In this document: positions 9,600-22,368 of the stretch, piece after piece | Position numbering within the stretch: position 1 is the first letter of the stretch | Layout of the letters: each line of letters opens with the position of its first letter | From: Azolla caroliniana | Taxonomy: Eukaryota > Plantae > Polypodiophyta | Reading direction: 5' to 3' | Assembly: GCA_043228905.1 (NCBI GenBank) | Contig: JBHGNT010000006.1 | Coordinates: forward strand, 10,664,001 to 10,728,000 | DNA length: 64,000 bases | Program-made: the position numbers and the translations under genes | Notes under the pieces: generated by a model | Databases searched by the model: none | The model's input: the letters and a program-made list of their open reading frames with translations, nothing else | Told to the model about the DNA's origin: nothing

Positions 9600-11300
9600 T
9601 ATGGTTCTCTCTTCTTGTTCCTTTTCTAAACAAGATATCCTTCCATTAGTTTTAAAAAGCATATCATCTACAAAATACAGTCGATTTATTTTACCAAAAT
9701 GAGAGATGATTAGGAGATATATAGCCTCCACTATGTGACTTTCAACATACATGCTTGACATCAGTGCACATCCTACTATTGTATCAGGATCCAATTTCAA
9801 AAATCTACATTTGAACACAATTTCCCCCTATCTATATTGCCAAAGCATCTATATGATATCAATAAGGACAACCAACTACACATATTTGTTGCTCAAAGGT
9901 TACAAAGCTGAAAAACCTTTATTATTCCGCACCTACCTAGAAATTATTGCATGGTAAGACACCACATCTTGATTATGTTGTTTAGAAAAGATTGTGAATG
10001 CTTCTTCCATGTCAAAAATGAGTGACCATATTTGGCAAGATGCTCTCGCGTTGCAATGATCCCACATGATTCAATGCTTCTTCATATTGTCCATATTGAA
10101 TATTTCTTGTTATAATTGTGTTCTAGCAAGTTACATCTCTAACTAGAAATCCACTAAAAGTCTCTTGTGCTTGAGTGAGTCCACCAATGCATTGCCTACC
10201 ATAAAATTATTCCTTACCAATGGCTGGACAACTCTTAAGATGCAAAAATAAGTGACCATATTTGGCAAGATGCTCTCACGTTGCACTGATCATCGCATTG
10301 CAATGATCCAAAACGATTCAATGCCTCAAGTTACATTTTCTTTAAAGAATCTAATGCTTTTTTCCACCAAAACATTCCCAAACTCAATGTTGATTCCTAG
10401 CAGCCGCTTACTCATGATTTCATTGTGACTTTCTATGCTTGTCAACCACTCCTACACTGCCACCTACCTTTAGCAAACTTACAAAGGTGATTACATCCAG
10501 AGAAAGACCATGATTTTGCATTTTTTCAAAAAGATTCAATGCTGCATGGCCAAATCTATACTGGTAATATCTTGAAATTAGTGCATTCTTAGAAGCCCCT
10601 TGAGTACTTTATGTGTTTTTCCTCTATGTAAAGCCCCTGTGCTTGAAGAAGTCTTGAATATGCCAATGGAACTGATTGTATTTGGCCAGAGGTTATCACA
10701 CATTCAGAATATATATAAAATAATGCATTGCCAGGAATTGTCTCTTCCCTTGTTTATAGATCGAATCATGCATGTTTTCAAAACAACTTAGAAATTTCTT
10801 GGTTCACCATATACTAAACCTCTTCAACATAACCATACTTAGCATATTCAGAAATCAATGCAGTCCAAGCGACTACTTTTCTAACTGGTAGTCCTACTCA
10901 ACATACCTCCTTGCTCATAGCCTCAAAACATACAAGATGAGGGCCATATGGCATCCTTCTAGCCACTTCCATTATTTTGTCCAATTCACCTACACATCGA
11001 AGACAGAACCATAATCAGTGTATGAGTTCCGGATACATGTGCATGTGACTTCGTCTGGTTTGAATCCATCCAAAACCAGGAATCAAGAAAACAAAGTGAA
11101 TCACTCATGAACGATGGCCAATTCTTTTAAAGCCTTAAATCATCGTACATAATGAAAACCACATCTTGAATGCAAGATTTGAAGAACAATGACCAATCCT
11201 CCTCTATTTTCCAGATTCAATGTACACACAGTAGTTGCATCTTGAGACACAATCCTTCTTCAACCAACTCATACTTAACAATACATAAGACCTACTACCA
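9600..11300 (-). pseudogene. Heavily decayed PLS-class pentatricopeptide repeat (PPR) gene
   Basis: Minus-strand fragments EKVVAWTALISEYAKYGYVEE (~10820-10882), PNTISSIGIFKTSSSTGALHRGK, NALISRYYQYRFGHAALNLFEKMQNHGLSLDVITFVSLLKVGGSVGVVDK (~10440-10590), MVGNALVD (~10180-10203) and PDTIVGCALMSSMY (~9745-9790); many stops and frameshifts. Confidence 0.75.
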
Positions 11301-11499
11301 AATGTATACATCCTAGTACAACACCTTTTGACAATTTATCTCCACTAATCCTCCCAGAAAAATCAGAAAATCACTCCCCCAGTTTGAAAAGTAAATGAAA
11401 CATAATCTAGCCTCCTTGTTACTCCCTAAAACTACTTTAAGCATCCTTTAACATCATCCATCTCTGCCACAAACACAAATTAAAAGGGTTTTCCTATAA

Positions 11500-14400
11500 G
11501 GATGGCTTTCTACGCTTTCTCCAGGCAGTCCAATGCACGACGTGCCTTAATCCCGGACACTCAACAATAGAGTGCACAATGAGATCACAGTGCATGCTAT
11601 GCCATTCCCGGTCACACACAATGGACCGTTGTGAATACAACTTGCTAAATCGGCAAGCTACACCAGTCCAGCACATCGAAACCCGAAACGACCGAGAGGA
11701 TGAAGAAGAATGATTTTGGCAAGACGATCGCTACAGACCGATAGAAAACGTTTGATACAGCGATAGACGGGACGATTATGACCGGAACCGGAATGATCGA
11801 AGCCGGGACTATAACAACGATCGTTATGATCGAGATTACTCCCCCGACTACAATAGGAGGAAAGAGGATGAACAGGGAGACGATGATGATCGGCGCCAAC
11901 AAGGGTATCGGAACAATCAACGCTATAATAAAAAATAGAACGCTCGAAAAGAGGAGCGTCGAGAACTGGCGAAGGATTACCAACGAGAGCCGAATAGAAG
12001 CCTAACTAGCACTCAATCAGAACAACGAAGGATAGAGGAGCCCAACCGGGTAGTATCCGGTTTTCACTTGGGTAACGCGCCAAAAGTAGAGTCTAGCAAT
12101 GCACGGAAGGTGTATTGCTACTATTGTCGGCAGGACGGGCACTACAACAATCAGTGTCCAGTGAAGACTAAAGAAAAATGGCTGGCAGTCAACATGGTGG
12201 TCGCAAAGGTGGCCAAGATCCAGCAAGTCACTACCAAGTTGAAAGGAAAGATGGTCGAATGGGAGGCTCAAGAAGCGTTCCGAAAACAAGCCACAAAATG
12301 GATCGAAAAAGCAAACGGACAGAATGTCACCGAACTACAAGAGCAAAGGAAAACATTAGAGGAACTCACAAAGACGATGCAGCAAGATAACCCCATGTGA
12401 CAAGCACTATGGGAATGCTAGATCATGCTACCACTAGGGCGGTTGCTGCAATTAGTGCCCCGATTCACCGATGGGTTAAAATCAGCATTGGCCCCACCAA
12501 GCCCCACACCGACTCCGACATTCTTCTCCAATCCAGAAAGGGGACTGGTGGTGGTCGACACGAGCAGTTCAGCAATCACCGCCATCATCAAAGGACAAGA
12601 AGTACTGGGGACAATTGTCAATGCTGGATTGGGAGTAAATGTAATAAGCCGATGAACGTGCGACACTCTAGGAATCCAGGAATGGGAACCATGCCTGTTC
12701 TAGCTCTGGATGGCGGACACCAGTTCGGTATGACCAACCGGATTGATCCGGGACTTGGAAGTGACAATCAGAGGCCATGCCCTCCTGATTTCCGTGGTGG
12801 TCCTCCAGTTGAACGCGCAAGGAGCATATCCACTATTGCTGGGACGACCATGGTTATAGACTACTCATATTAAACAAAATTGGCAAAAGAATAATATTAC
12901 GTTCCGAAGAGGGAAAACTAATGTGCGAGTACCAACACAACCCCGCGCAGGCCCAAGCAAGGAAGTAACACCATTATATGCAGAAAGCGTGAACATGCTG
13001 GAAGGGCTTGCCGACGAAGAAGTCAATCGATACTTCGAGGACAGCCCAAAGATAGTCCCTTTGTTTGAAGTGGACGTTGCTGAAGCAATCTCCCCATATC
13101 TTGTGCACCCGGATGAGGCCGGTGAGGAGCCGGAATGGGACGCGATTTGGGAACTGCGCCAAGCACAAGAAGCCCTAGAGCGGGAGATGGTGGTGTCACA
13201 ACGGGTGAAACCATCACAGTTGGAAGAAGTGAATTTGGGAACAGGGGAAGAAACAAGTCCGGTATAGGTGGCCAAAGAAATGCCACCAAAGGAGAAATCG
13301 GAAATGGTAAAATTATTGAAAGAATTCCGGGATGTATTTGCGTGGTCATATGAGGAGATGTGGGGACTAGACCCACAATTATATCAACACCAGATACATT
13401 TGAGCAAGGATGTGAAACCGGTAGCACAGAGATGTTACCACATGAATCTGAATTCTACGGCTAAAGTGAAGGAAGGTTTCATCCGACCGGTGAAGAAGGC
13501 CACCTGGTTAAGCCCGATTGTGGTAGTACCTAAGAAAAACGGAAAGATCCGGGTCTGTGTAGATTACCGGAAATTAAATGCGGCCACTGTCACTGATGGA
13601 TTTCCGCTTCCATTCACGGATGGAGTCTTGGATGCGGTGGCGGGTCACGAGGTGTATAGTTTCCTCGACGGATTGAGCAGGTATAACCAAATCAGGATGC
13701 ACCCAAACAACCAAGAGAAAACAACATTTGTAACCGAATGGGGAGTCTTCGTAGCGGTCGTGATGATGTTCGGGCTAAAGATGACATCAGCAATGTTCCA
13801 GTGAATCATCATGGAAATTTTCGAGGAGTTTATCCCAGCATTTATGCAAGTGTTCTTAGATGACTTTGCGGTGTATAGCAAGAAAGGAGAACATCTTGAT
13901 CATCTCTAGTTATGCCTGGAAAAGATGCAGAGGTTACCGACTAAGTCTGAATCCGGCGAAATGCGTATTCAGGGTAACCAACAACAGCTACTAGGTCATA
14001 TCGTTAGTAAGGACGGGATTGTGGTGGACCCAGATAAAGTTAAAGCCATTGTGGAAGCACCTGCACCGACGATCGCCAAACCTTTAAGCCGGTTTTTAGG
14101 ACAGATCCGATGGCATAGCTGGATTTTCTGATACTTGGCCGACCTAGCAACGCCACTACATGCAGTCGTACGCAAGACACCCTTCCAATGGATGGAATTA
14201 GAGGATAAGGCATACCATGTGCTCAAAGCAATGTTGTCCCCGGCATCGGTTGTACAACCTCCGGATTGGTCGAAGGAATTTCATGTGTTTGTGGATGCAT
14301 CTAATATTGCGATTGGCGGTGTTCTTACGCAGCTCACCGAACTGAAGTGGTACTGGCCAGTTTACTACGCCAGTCGGAAGCTCTCCCAGGTGGAACGGAA

Positions 14401-17273
14401 TTATTCGACAATGGAATGGGAAGCCTTGGGAATGGTATATAGTGTAATGAAGTATCGTCATTACTTGTTGGGACAGAAATTCTCATTCCATGTGGATCAT
14501 TCGGCATTGCTATACTTGGTCTCCAAATCATCATTAACCAACAAACTAGCACGATGGACGTTGCTTCTACAGGAGTTCGAATTTGAAATCTACCACAGAC
14601 TGGGAGTACAACATGCAATAGCGGATTACTTGAGCCGGTTAAAATCTGGAGAGGTAGGCGACAAAGTCCGCGACGAACTACCGGACGCGCAGCTGTTTAG
14701 AGTGACAATGGAAAACACGACGGACAGGACGGTCAACGAAGAGGACAAATGGCTAACGAACATGCATCACTTCCTCAACACCGAACTGTGTCCGGAAGAA
14801 TTAAATTGAGACGAGTGGAAACGGTTGGCGGTACAAAGCCAACACTTTTGTTTATTGCAGGATACGTTGTACCACAAGGGAGCGGATGGTATATGGCGAA
14901 GGGCGGCCTGGAGCGACGAAAAGGACACAAATTTACAAGAAGCTCACTGTGGAGATTTCGGAGGACACTATGTTGGAGATGCAATAGCAAGGAAGATATG
15001 GCAAAGCGGATTATGGTGGCCTACAACACTGAAGGACTCGATGCGATATGCAAAGGAATGCGACTTATGTCAATGACTGGGCCAACTGACAAAGCAAGCA
15101 AGGATGTTGTACCAGCTGGTGTTACCACTGAATTGGACTTCATTGGACCCTTCAAGCCTCTGGCAATGAGAACCGGAAACCGGTACATTATTGTGGCAAC
15201 GGACTACTGCACAAAGTGGGTTGAAGCAAAGGCATTCCGGGACAACACCACGACGTCAATGGCCAAGTTCCTACACGAGTACATCTGGTGCCGATACGGA
15301 TGTCCGATCAAACTGATCAGTGATCAAGGTGGGCACTTCCTCAATCAAGTGGTGGAGAGATTAACGTCATTTTATGCGGTGGTGCACAAACGGAGTACAT
15401 CATATTATCCGCAGGCCAACGGATTGGCCGAATCCACCAACAAGACCTTGCAGAACATTCTCCGGAAAATAGTCAATGAGAACCGGACCAACTGGGACAC
15501 GAAGCTGTAGAGTGCACTATGGGCTTACCGAACTGCTTACAAGACGAGTATCTGGACAACACCGTTCCGGTTAGCTTTCCGATTGGAAGCGGTAATGCCG
15601 ATGGAGACAGGGAAAGGTTAAGTGAGAAGGAATTAGAAAAAATCCGGCTAGAGACATTGTGTGAACTAGAGGAGCACCAGATAGCTAGCGTTCTATAGTT
15701 AGAGCTCGAGCAACGACGACGGAAAGCGTTCGTCGATTGGCACCAGAAGGGAAATGAGAAAATGTTCGGATTCGACAAGCCGATTCTGGTATTTCAGATC
15801 CAGATGATCCAAATGCCGGGAAAGTTACGGTTCCGGTGGACCAAACCGTACTAGATAACCCACCAGTTCAAAGGGTCGTATCAACTAGGAATGTTGGCTG
15901 GCGAAATCTTGGAGAAGTGGGTAAACGGTTTCCAACTGAAACTATATTACGGACCAGTGCAACAGAACCCGTTCAAACAATCGGAGGACGGAGCAGGAAC
16001 CGGAAGCGGTATTCGGATAGCCGGAAACCAAGAGGAACCTACCCCAGATCCGGTGTTACCAAATACGATGGAAAAGGAATAATACGTGTCATTTCAATAT
16101 AAAAGAAAAAGAAAAAGAAAAGCCATTATGCAGGGGTGAGGAGTAAAAAAGGCAACGAATGCATAAAAAAGAAAAAAGAAAAACATCATGTAGGGGCGAG
16201 GAGTGGTAGTAAATGAACGAACACCACGAAACGGTGTGACGTCAGGCAATTAAAGCGCATCATGCAGCGTACTACTTCTATAATAGTACACGACGTGCAT
16301 GCATGGGAATCAAGAAAAGGCGGCAAAGATAGGAACACAAAATGCCCATTTTACAGAGGTTCTCTCATTTTGCGAACCTAGAGCACTTAGCACACAAAAG
16401 CGGATACAAGTGATTAGGCGAATGCAAGAAGCTACCACAGGCACCCCAAAGCTTACCACCACCCCGGAAGTAGACGACACACTGGAGCCCATGGCGCTCT
16501 CCGAGACGGCCAAGAAATGGTTTACACAACATGGATTGGAGGTTTTTCTCTGGATAGCAAAAGCACCCCCCCAGGACGAACTGGAAAAGGTCGCAAAGAA
16601 GATTGACCGGGAGAAAATTACAGAGGAGGCTATTTGTGCCTTAATCGGGTTACCGAAGGGAGGGTTGTACTCTATCGAGAATCCTTCCCCAAAGACGCTG
16701 ATGAAGTTCTTCGGAGAATACTCCCTTGCCAACAAACTGTACCGGACACAGGGCGGTGACGATGCCTTGTTCCAAGAAATAGCTCACGTGCTCCACGAGT
16801 ATGGGTTCGTGCACCCCCGACCCCCGACAATGCCTAAGATTAGAGCTGGGTTCATCATCGCAACATACGAAGGGGTGAAAGTGGATTGGCCGGTAATCGT
16901 CACCGATCTTTGCGAGTGGCCATCCAATCCGTAGTGGATGGCAAGAAAGTATGGACAGCGGTAGCCCAATGGGTCACCCTTCTCGCACCACCATTGCCGG
17001 CAACAAACGTGAAGAAGTGGGGCTAAGTGGCAGATGCAACGGCAAACAAGCCCTTGAAGTGCCAACAACTCCTCGCCAAGCACACTCTTGGTTGGACAGA
17101 GGGAGGATCGACAAAGAAGGAAAAGGAACAACCCAACTAGAAGTGTAGAACCACCGGTAAAGCCTCTTAAAATTAAACTGAGCCGGCAAGAGCGAGAGCC
17201 GCCCACCTTAGCTCAAAGAATTAACATCAGAACCCAAGAGGAGAAGACTGTCGACTTCGGAACTACAAACTGA
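11500..17273 (+). mobile_element. Decayed non-chromovirus Ty3/gypsy element (Athila/Tat-like), LTRs not seen, with an extra 3' ORF
   Basis: Knuckles CTTCLNPGHSTIEC and CYYCRQDGHYNNQC; protease remnant (IVNAGLGVNVIS...YPLLLGRPWL); RT WLSPIVVVPKKNGKIRVCVDYRKLN and VFLDDF; RNase H FHVFVDAS; integrase TDYCTKWVEA/LISDQG/YPQANGLAE; C-terminal VNGFQLKLY; many stops and frameshifts. Confidence 0.9.
16422..17273 (+). pseudogene. Additional ORF of unknown function downstream of gypsy integrase (frameshifted near 16910)
   Basis: Homologous to minus-strand 27200-27640 in a second gypsy copy at the same position relative to integrase. Confidence 0.65.
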
Positions 17274-17760
17274 AACGACCGACCAGCGCCGACCATCTAT
17301 TGCGACTCACAGAGCGCAATACACCTCATCAACAATCGCGTCTATCATGTGACGATGAAGCACATTGAGGTGCAGTATCATCATATCCAAGAGCTCATAA
17401 AAGAAAAGAAACTCGAAGTTCGGAAGATCGACACTGAGTTGAACATCGCCAATTGCCTGATGAAGCCACTCCCAGATCTACGCTTCGGAGCACTACGACA
17501 AGCGACCGAGCAGAAGAAAGCCGAACGAGGAGCAGAAGGTAAGATCTAATCGGAACAATAAGGACACATCCTATACATATGCCGACTGGGCGGCATGCCG
17601 ACCGACTTGTAACATATACACTTAGATTAATTTTGTAATCTAGGCTTACGGGGGAGATACCCCCAAATACTTGTACATGCAAGAAAGAGTAGTCCTTTTA
17701 CGGGGGAGTTTGTTGGCATAAAAGGCCGACTCCTTCCAAGTTGTATCCATCCGAGTGTGA
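17274..17760 (+). mobile_element. Copia RNase H 3' fragment with PPT and start of an LTR
   Basis: TIYCDSQSAIHL...KHIEVQYHHIQELI; CGGGGGAGTT followed by TGTTGG at ~17701-17716. Confidence 0.7.
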
Positions 17761-17819
17761 ACTCATTAATAAGTTATGCCTCCCCCTTTTTCGTTTGGCT
17801 TCGGCTTGGGGGCTCCATT

Positions 17820-19334
17820 CTAGTCGCTCCCCCTACATCCGGTCTCAGCTTCTTCTACCATCTCGTGCACTCCGACTTCTTCAGTCGGGCTGAAGTAAAA
17901 ATCGGCTTCTGACTTAGCTTTTCGTTCGTCTTCCTCATTCCTCCTTTCATTTCTCCCCCTCAAGTTCGGCATATCGAGATACTGCACACCTAGTGCACCG
18001 GAAAATTGCCGCAACTTGTCCAAGCGGAGGGGTTTGGTGAAGATATCGGCCACCTGTTGATCCGTCAGAATATGTAGCAATTCCACTTCATCAAAGAGAA
18101 CGCACTCTCAGACAAAATGATAGTGCACCTTGATGTGCTTAGTCTGGGCTCTTTGCCAAGTAGATGTTGTTGAGCTTGTACACCTCCACTCGCAGATCCT
18201 TCAGGAACCTCTTGAGCCATATGGCTTCGTGCATTGCGACAACCGCTCCTCGGTAGTCGGCCTCTGTGCTCAACAGTGATACTGTCGACTGCTTTTTTTT
18301 GCTCCAGGTGACCCCGACGCTTTTGAGTGAAAACGCATATCCGGATGTGCCCAATCGGCAGCTGTATAGCCGATAAATTGTTTGGCTACATCGGCCCGAT
18401 ATAGCAACCCCTGATCCATAGTTCCGCTGATGTACCTGAGTATTCGGTGCACGCACTAAAGGTGCTCCACAATCGGATGTGCCATGAATTGACTAATCAA
18501 TCCAAGCGGATAACTGAGGTCCAACCGGGTGATGGTCAAAAAGATAAGGTTTCCGGCTATCTATCAGAACATTTTCGGGTTGCATGCCGTTCCGGAGTCG
18601 GGATGAAGCTTCACATTCCGGTCCAGAGGAGTCGAGACACATTTGCATTCCGTCATACTGAATTTGAACAACATACTCAACACGTAGTGGCGTTGACTGA
18701 TCAGTATGCCTTCCAGGGTACGGATCACTTTGATCCCGAGGAAGTAATGAAGGTCCCCAAGATCCTTCATGTCAAACGATGCCCCAAGTTGGGATTTGAC
18801 GCGGCCGATTTCGTCTAGGTTGGCGCCGACAATGACTAAATCATCGACATAAAGTAAAATACTAACCAGCCCATTCTGACCTTGCCAGATGAAGAGAGAC
18901 GAGTTCAATTTCGACGGAACACACCCAATCTGACACAGTCTTTGCGTGATCTTCACGTTCCAGGTGCACGGGGCTTGCTTGAGTTTCTAGAGGGACTTCT
19001 TCAATCGACACACCGCCAATGTATTCACTCCGGGGGGTTGAATTATAAACACCTATTCCTCAAGATCACCTTGCAGGAACACGTTTTTCACATCCATTTG
19101 ATGTAGATGTCACCCCTTCACCGCTGCCACCGCAAGCAAGACACGGACAATCGTCATCTTTCCGACCGGCGCGAACGTCTCATCGTAGTCGATGTCGTGT
19201 TGTTGCCACTAACCGGGCCTTGTACCGGTTGACGGAGCCGTTGGTGTTGTATTTAACCTTGTATATCCATCGGCACCCGATCAACTTCACTCCTTTTGGT
19301 ACCTCCACTAAATCTCACGTCTCGTTCTCCAGAG
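17820..19334 (-). mobile_element. Decayed copia RT/RNase H fragment (second copia family)
   Basis: LLYVDDLVI, MKDLGDLHYFLGI, LSTEADYRG, QVADIFTKPL. Confidence 0.88.
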
Positions 19335-19800
19335 TGTTGTTTATGGTTGGGGGCTCGAGCCAAGATCAGCTCCACCCCCCTCCCAAGTGGGTTCGAATGT
19401 GAGAAAGAAGAGATTGAGAGATGCACAAAGAGAGTGAGAGAGAGAGAATTGAGACAAACGCAGTTTCAGGTTAACTCAATATATTTTTCTTCTTTCATGC
19501 CCCACGAGTGGGGATTTATATAGTAAAATATCTAATCATTACAAAAAACCGAAAGGACGTACATACACCCACTTACCCCACCTAACACTTACACACTCAC
19601 ACATTCATATTACACCTTACACACCACCTTCCACATTACACCTAACCCTCCCGTACACCTATATGGGTAACACCTGGCACGCCCGTGGGACAGTACATTG
19701 CACATAGTACCCACAAGCCCATGTCAAAAACTCATTGACCGGAAACTCCATTGGTCTTCTCTTCTCTCATAGTCGGAAATCCCTCGACCGGATTACTGCT
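19335..19800. repeat. Probable LTR fragment interrupting the copia
   Basis: Begins TGTTG exactly where copia RT homology stops; GA-rich tract and TTTATATA; no second copy in the window. Confidence 0.35.
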
Positions 19801-20404
19801 CTACGATAGATGATTCATTCGGGATATGGACAGGTACTAAACCCGAATTAGAAAATTACCTCCAGTTCTATAACACCTCCACTAATAATTGCATTAAAAT
19901 AACCATCACCACTTCTCCCTTTAGATTACCGTTCTTAGATTTATGGATTAACCTAAAGAATTCACATTTCTCCTTTAATTGCTACCAAAAGCCCCAAAAT
20001 GCCTACCAGTATCTCTCATTCTCGTCAGTTCACCCTCTTCACTTAAAATGTCATTTTATTATTAATGAACTAAAACGATACCTAATTAGAGAAAGTACCC
20101 CCTTAGGTTTCCTTCGAATGAAAAAACTATTTTTTAGTAGATTAGTTAAGAGAGGATATCCCCTTTCTTTTATATTAGAGAATTATAAAAAGGTCCCATT
20201 TAGTGCTAGGAAATCACTAGTATTTAGTAGAAAACCTAAAAGTACCCTTATACCTGTCATCTTCAAACTTAGGTATACGAAAGATACCCCTAGATTAGGA
20301 ATTCACGACATGCTAGAAAACCTCCACGTAGATTTAGCCACACATCCTCAACTATCCGAACTACCGCAACCCTTCATATGTTGGACTAAGTCTAAGTCCA
20401 TTCA

Positions 20405-22065
20405 AACACGTTTGCGTTCACAAGTGGAAGGATCGCGCACAAGTGGAAGGATAAGGAATATTCTGTTTGATTTTGGGGGTTTTTTTGCCATTTCACAAAA
20501 CATCTTGATACTAGTATCACATGTTCTCCAAAACTTGATGAAAAAGTTGAAATTTTCACCATTTGGTAAAATTGAAAAATGCCAAATTTGGGTAAAATAT
20601 GAAAAGTAACTTTGTGGATTTTTAAAGAAAAATGACAACTAATAAGTTTTTAGATCTTAAAGAAATCAAAGTAGAATATTTCAAAACAATGAACGTTTTT
20701 ATTCCATTCGATAAAATGTTGTCTAAATTTGTTACATATAGTTGCACAACAAATGCATTTGGGAGTTATTTGCTTGACTATCATCATTCTTTTCATGAGA
20801 ATCACTACTATAGATAATATACAATTGTGACTCTTCCTCCTCATCTTGTAATGTACCAATCAAATCATTGTCTTCACCAAATGGTATCTCCAAATTTTGT
20901 GTAATATATCTTCTTCGTCTTCAATCTGAGATATCTTCTAGACTTGCTAATATCTCTTTTATTATGCATATCGTTGTTGTCCTTATACATCCAACTTTTG
21001 TTTGTGTAAAGTCATACATAATGATATCCACCTCATTAATGTCAATGATAGATGTATTACAAAGGTTTTATGCATCATCACATCCAAAACTTTACCAATG
21101 CAGAATTGGTACCCTAGGTGATGGCCATCTACATGTGTAGCTATTAATATCCCCACCTTGACTTCTTGCAAGTTTCCTTGTCACCTGAGTTATGCTTGTG
21201 TTGTCATCATTCGTTCCAACTATAATATATTGTATAGAGTTATGATGAAAACTCTATTTTTTACGTCAATTCAATACAACATATCGTGTTCATGTTTAAA
21301 ACTCTTGTTGTTTTTCAAATAAAAGAGGTTTTTAAAGATGTATGTTGCACATCAAGATACCTTATGGTAAATATGTGCTTCATTTATTAGAAGAAAACAA
21401 TTAATAATTGTGTTGATGGTAATTGAACTTTGCAAATGCCATTTACTTCACAAAATTTGAAGGGGAATTCTTATAAGGAAGGAGATTATAACATTATAGA
21501 TACCTTGATAACTCTGTGTTATGTTCAAATTGATATATTAATGTTCACATCTAAAGTTTGACAATTTATGAATATCGTCTACATTTTAGGAGTTGTGGAT
21601 TTATCAAAATTGTTTATGAATATTGTCTACATTTCTTGAGTTGTGAATTTATGGATGTTAATGAGCACTAATTTATAGATGATGACATTAAGGATTGCAA
21701 TATTACCTTTTATACTTAAAACATTTTCAAGTCTAACAATAGATGTAACCTTAATCTTCTCAAGATGGTGAAACCATTAATCTTAACTTGTGCCTTGAGT
21801 TGACCATAATTGTGATTTTCTTTAAGTTAACTACATTTCATATCTGCAAACCATCAACATTTAAACATTATCCCTAAACTATTCAATTTTAGAAATTATC
21901 ATTTAGAAATTTGTTAAATCTCAAAAAGTTAGCAAAATTTACATGCTATTTAAAACATGTGATACTAGTGTATCAAGTTTTTGGAAATTGCCTAAAATCG
22001 CAAGATTATAAAAGGAATCTATAAATGGAATGCGCAATCCTTCCACTTGTGAATGCAAAGGTGTT
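20405..22065. mobile_element. Non-autonomous TIR DNA transposon (~1.66 kb), 4-bp TSD TTCA
   Basis: Left end AACACGTTTGCGTTCACAAGTGGAAGGATCGCGCA versus reverse complement of right end AACACCTTTGCATTCACAAGTGGAAGGATTGCGCA; subterminal ACTAGTATCACATGTT at both ends; TTCA at 20401-20404 and 22066-22069; excision restores the PLE frame. Confidence 0.85.
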
Positions 22066-22284
22066 TTCATTCCCTTCTTGTCAAAACTAAATATAAATCC
22101 ATAAATACTCCCACTTAATACTATATGCCTTTTATATCCCACCCCTATAATCCCCCTCTTCTTAGAGCCCACCCCCACCTATCACTTATCATATACATAC
22201 ATATAACCCCCCTCTAACCCACTTTCACTAATCAATCCTTTGCCTATCACAATTCCCCGTTTCCCTCTCCCATCATTAAACTCC

Positions 22285-22287
<3 letters not shown>

Positions 22288-22330
<43 letters not shown>
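22288..22330. repeat. (CT)n microsatellite in the PLE 3' region
   Basis: About 21 TC units. Confidence 0.9.
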
Positions 22331-22334
<4 letters not shown>

Positions 22335-22340
22335 TCCCCC

Positions 22341-22348
22341 TATATAAA
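22341..22348 (+). promoter_or_regulatory. Candidate TATA box of the PLE pLTR
   Basis: TATATAAA about 20 nt upstream of the hammerhead. Confidence 0.4.
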
Positions 22349-22368
22349 CCTACCCTCTTGTTGTAAAT

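Noticed and set aside
20405-20609. C-terminal tail of ORF 20118..20609 as a PLE endonuclease
   Set aside because: It is read-through into the inserted TIR element and has no GIY-YIG motif
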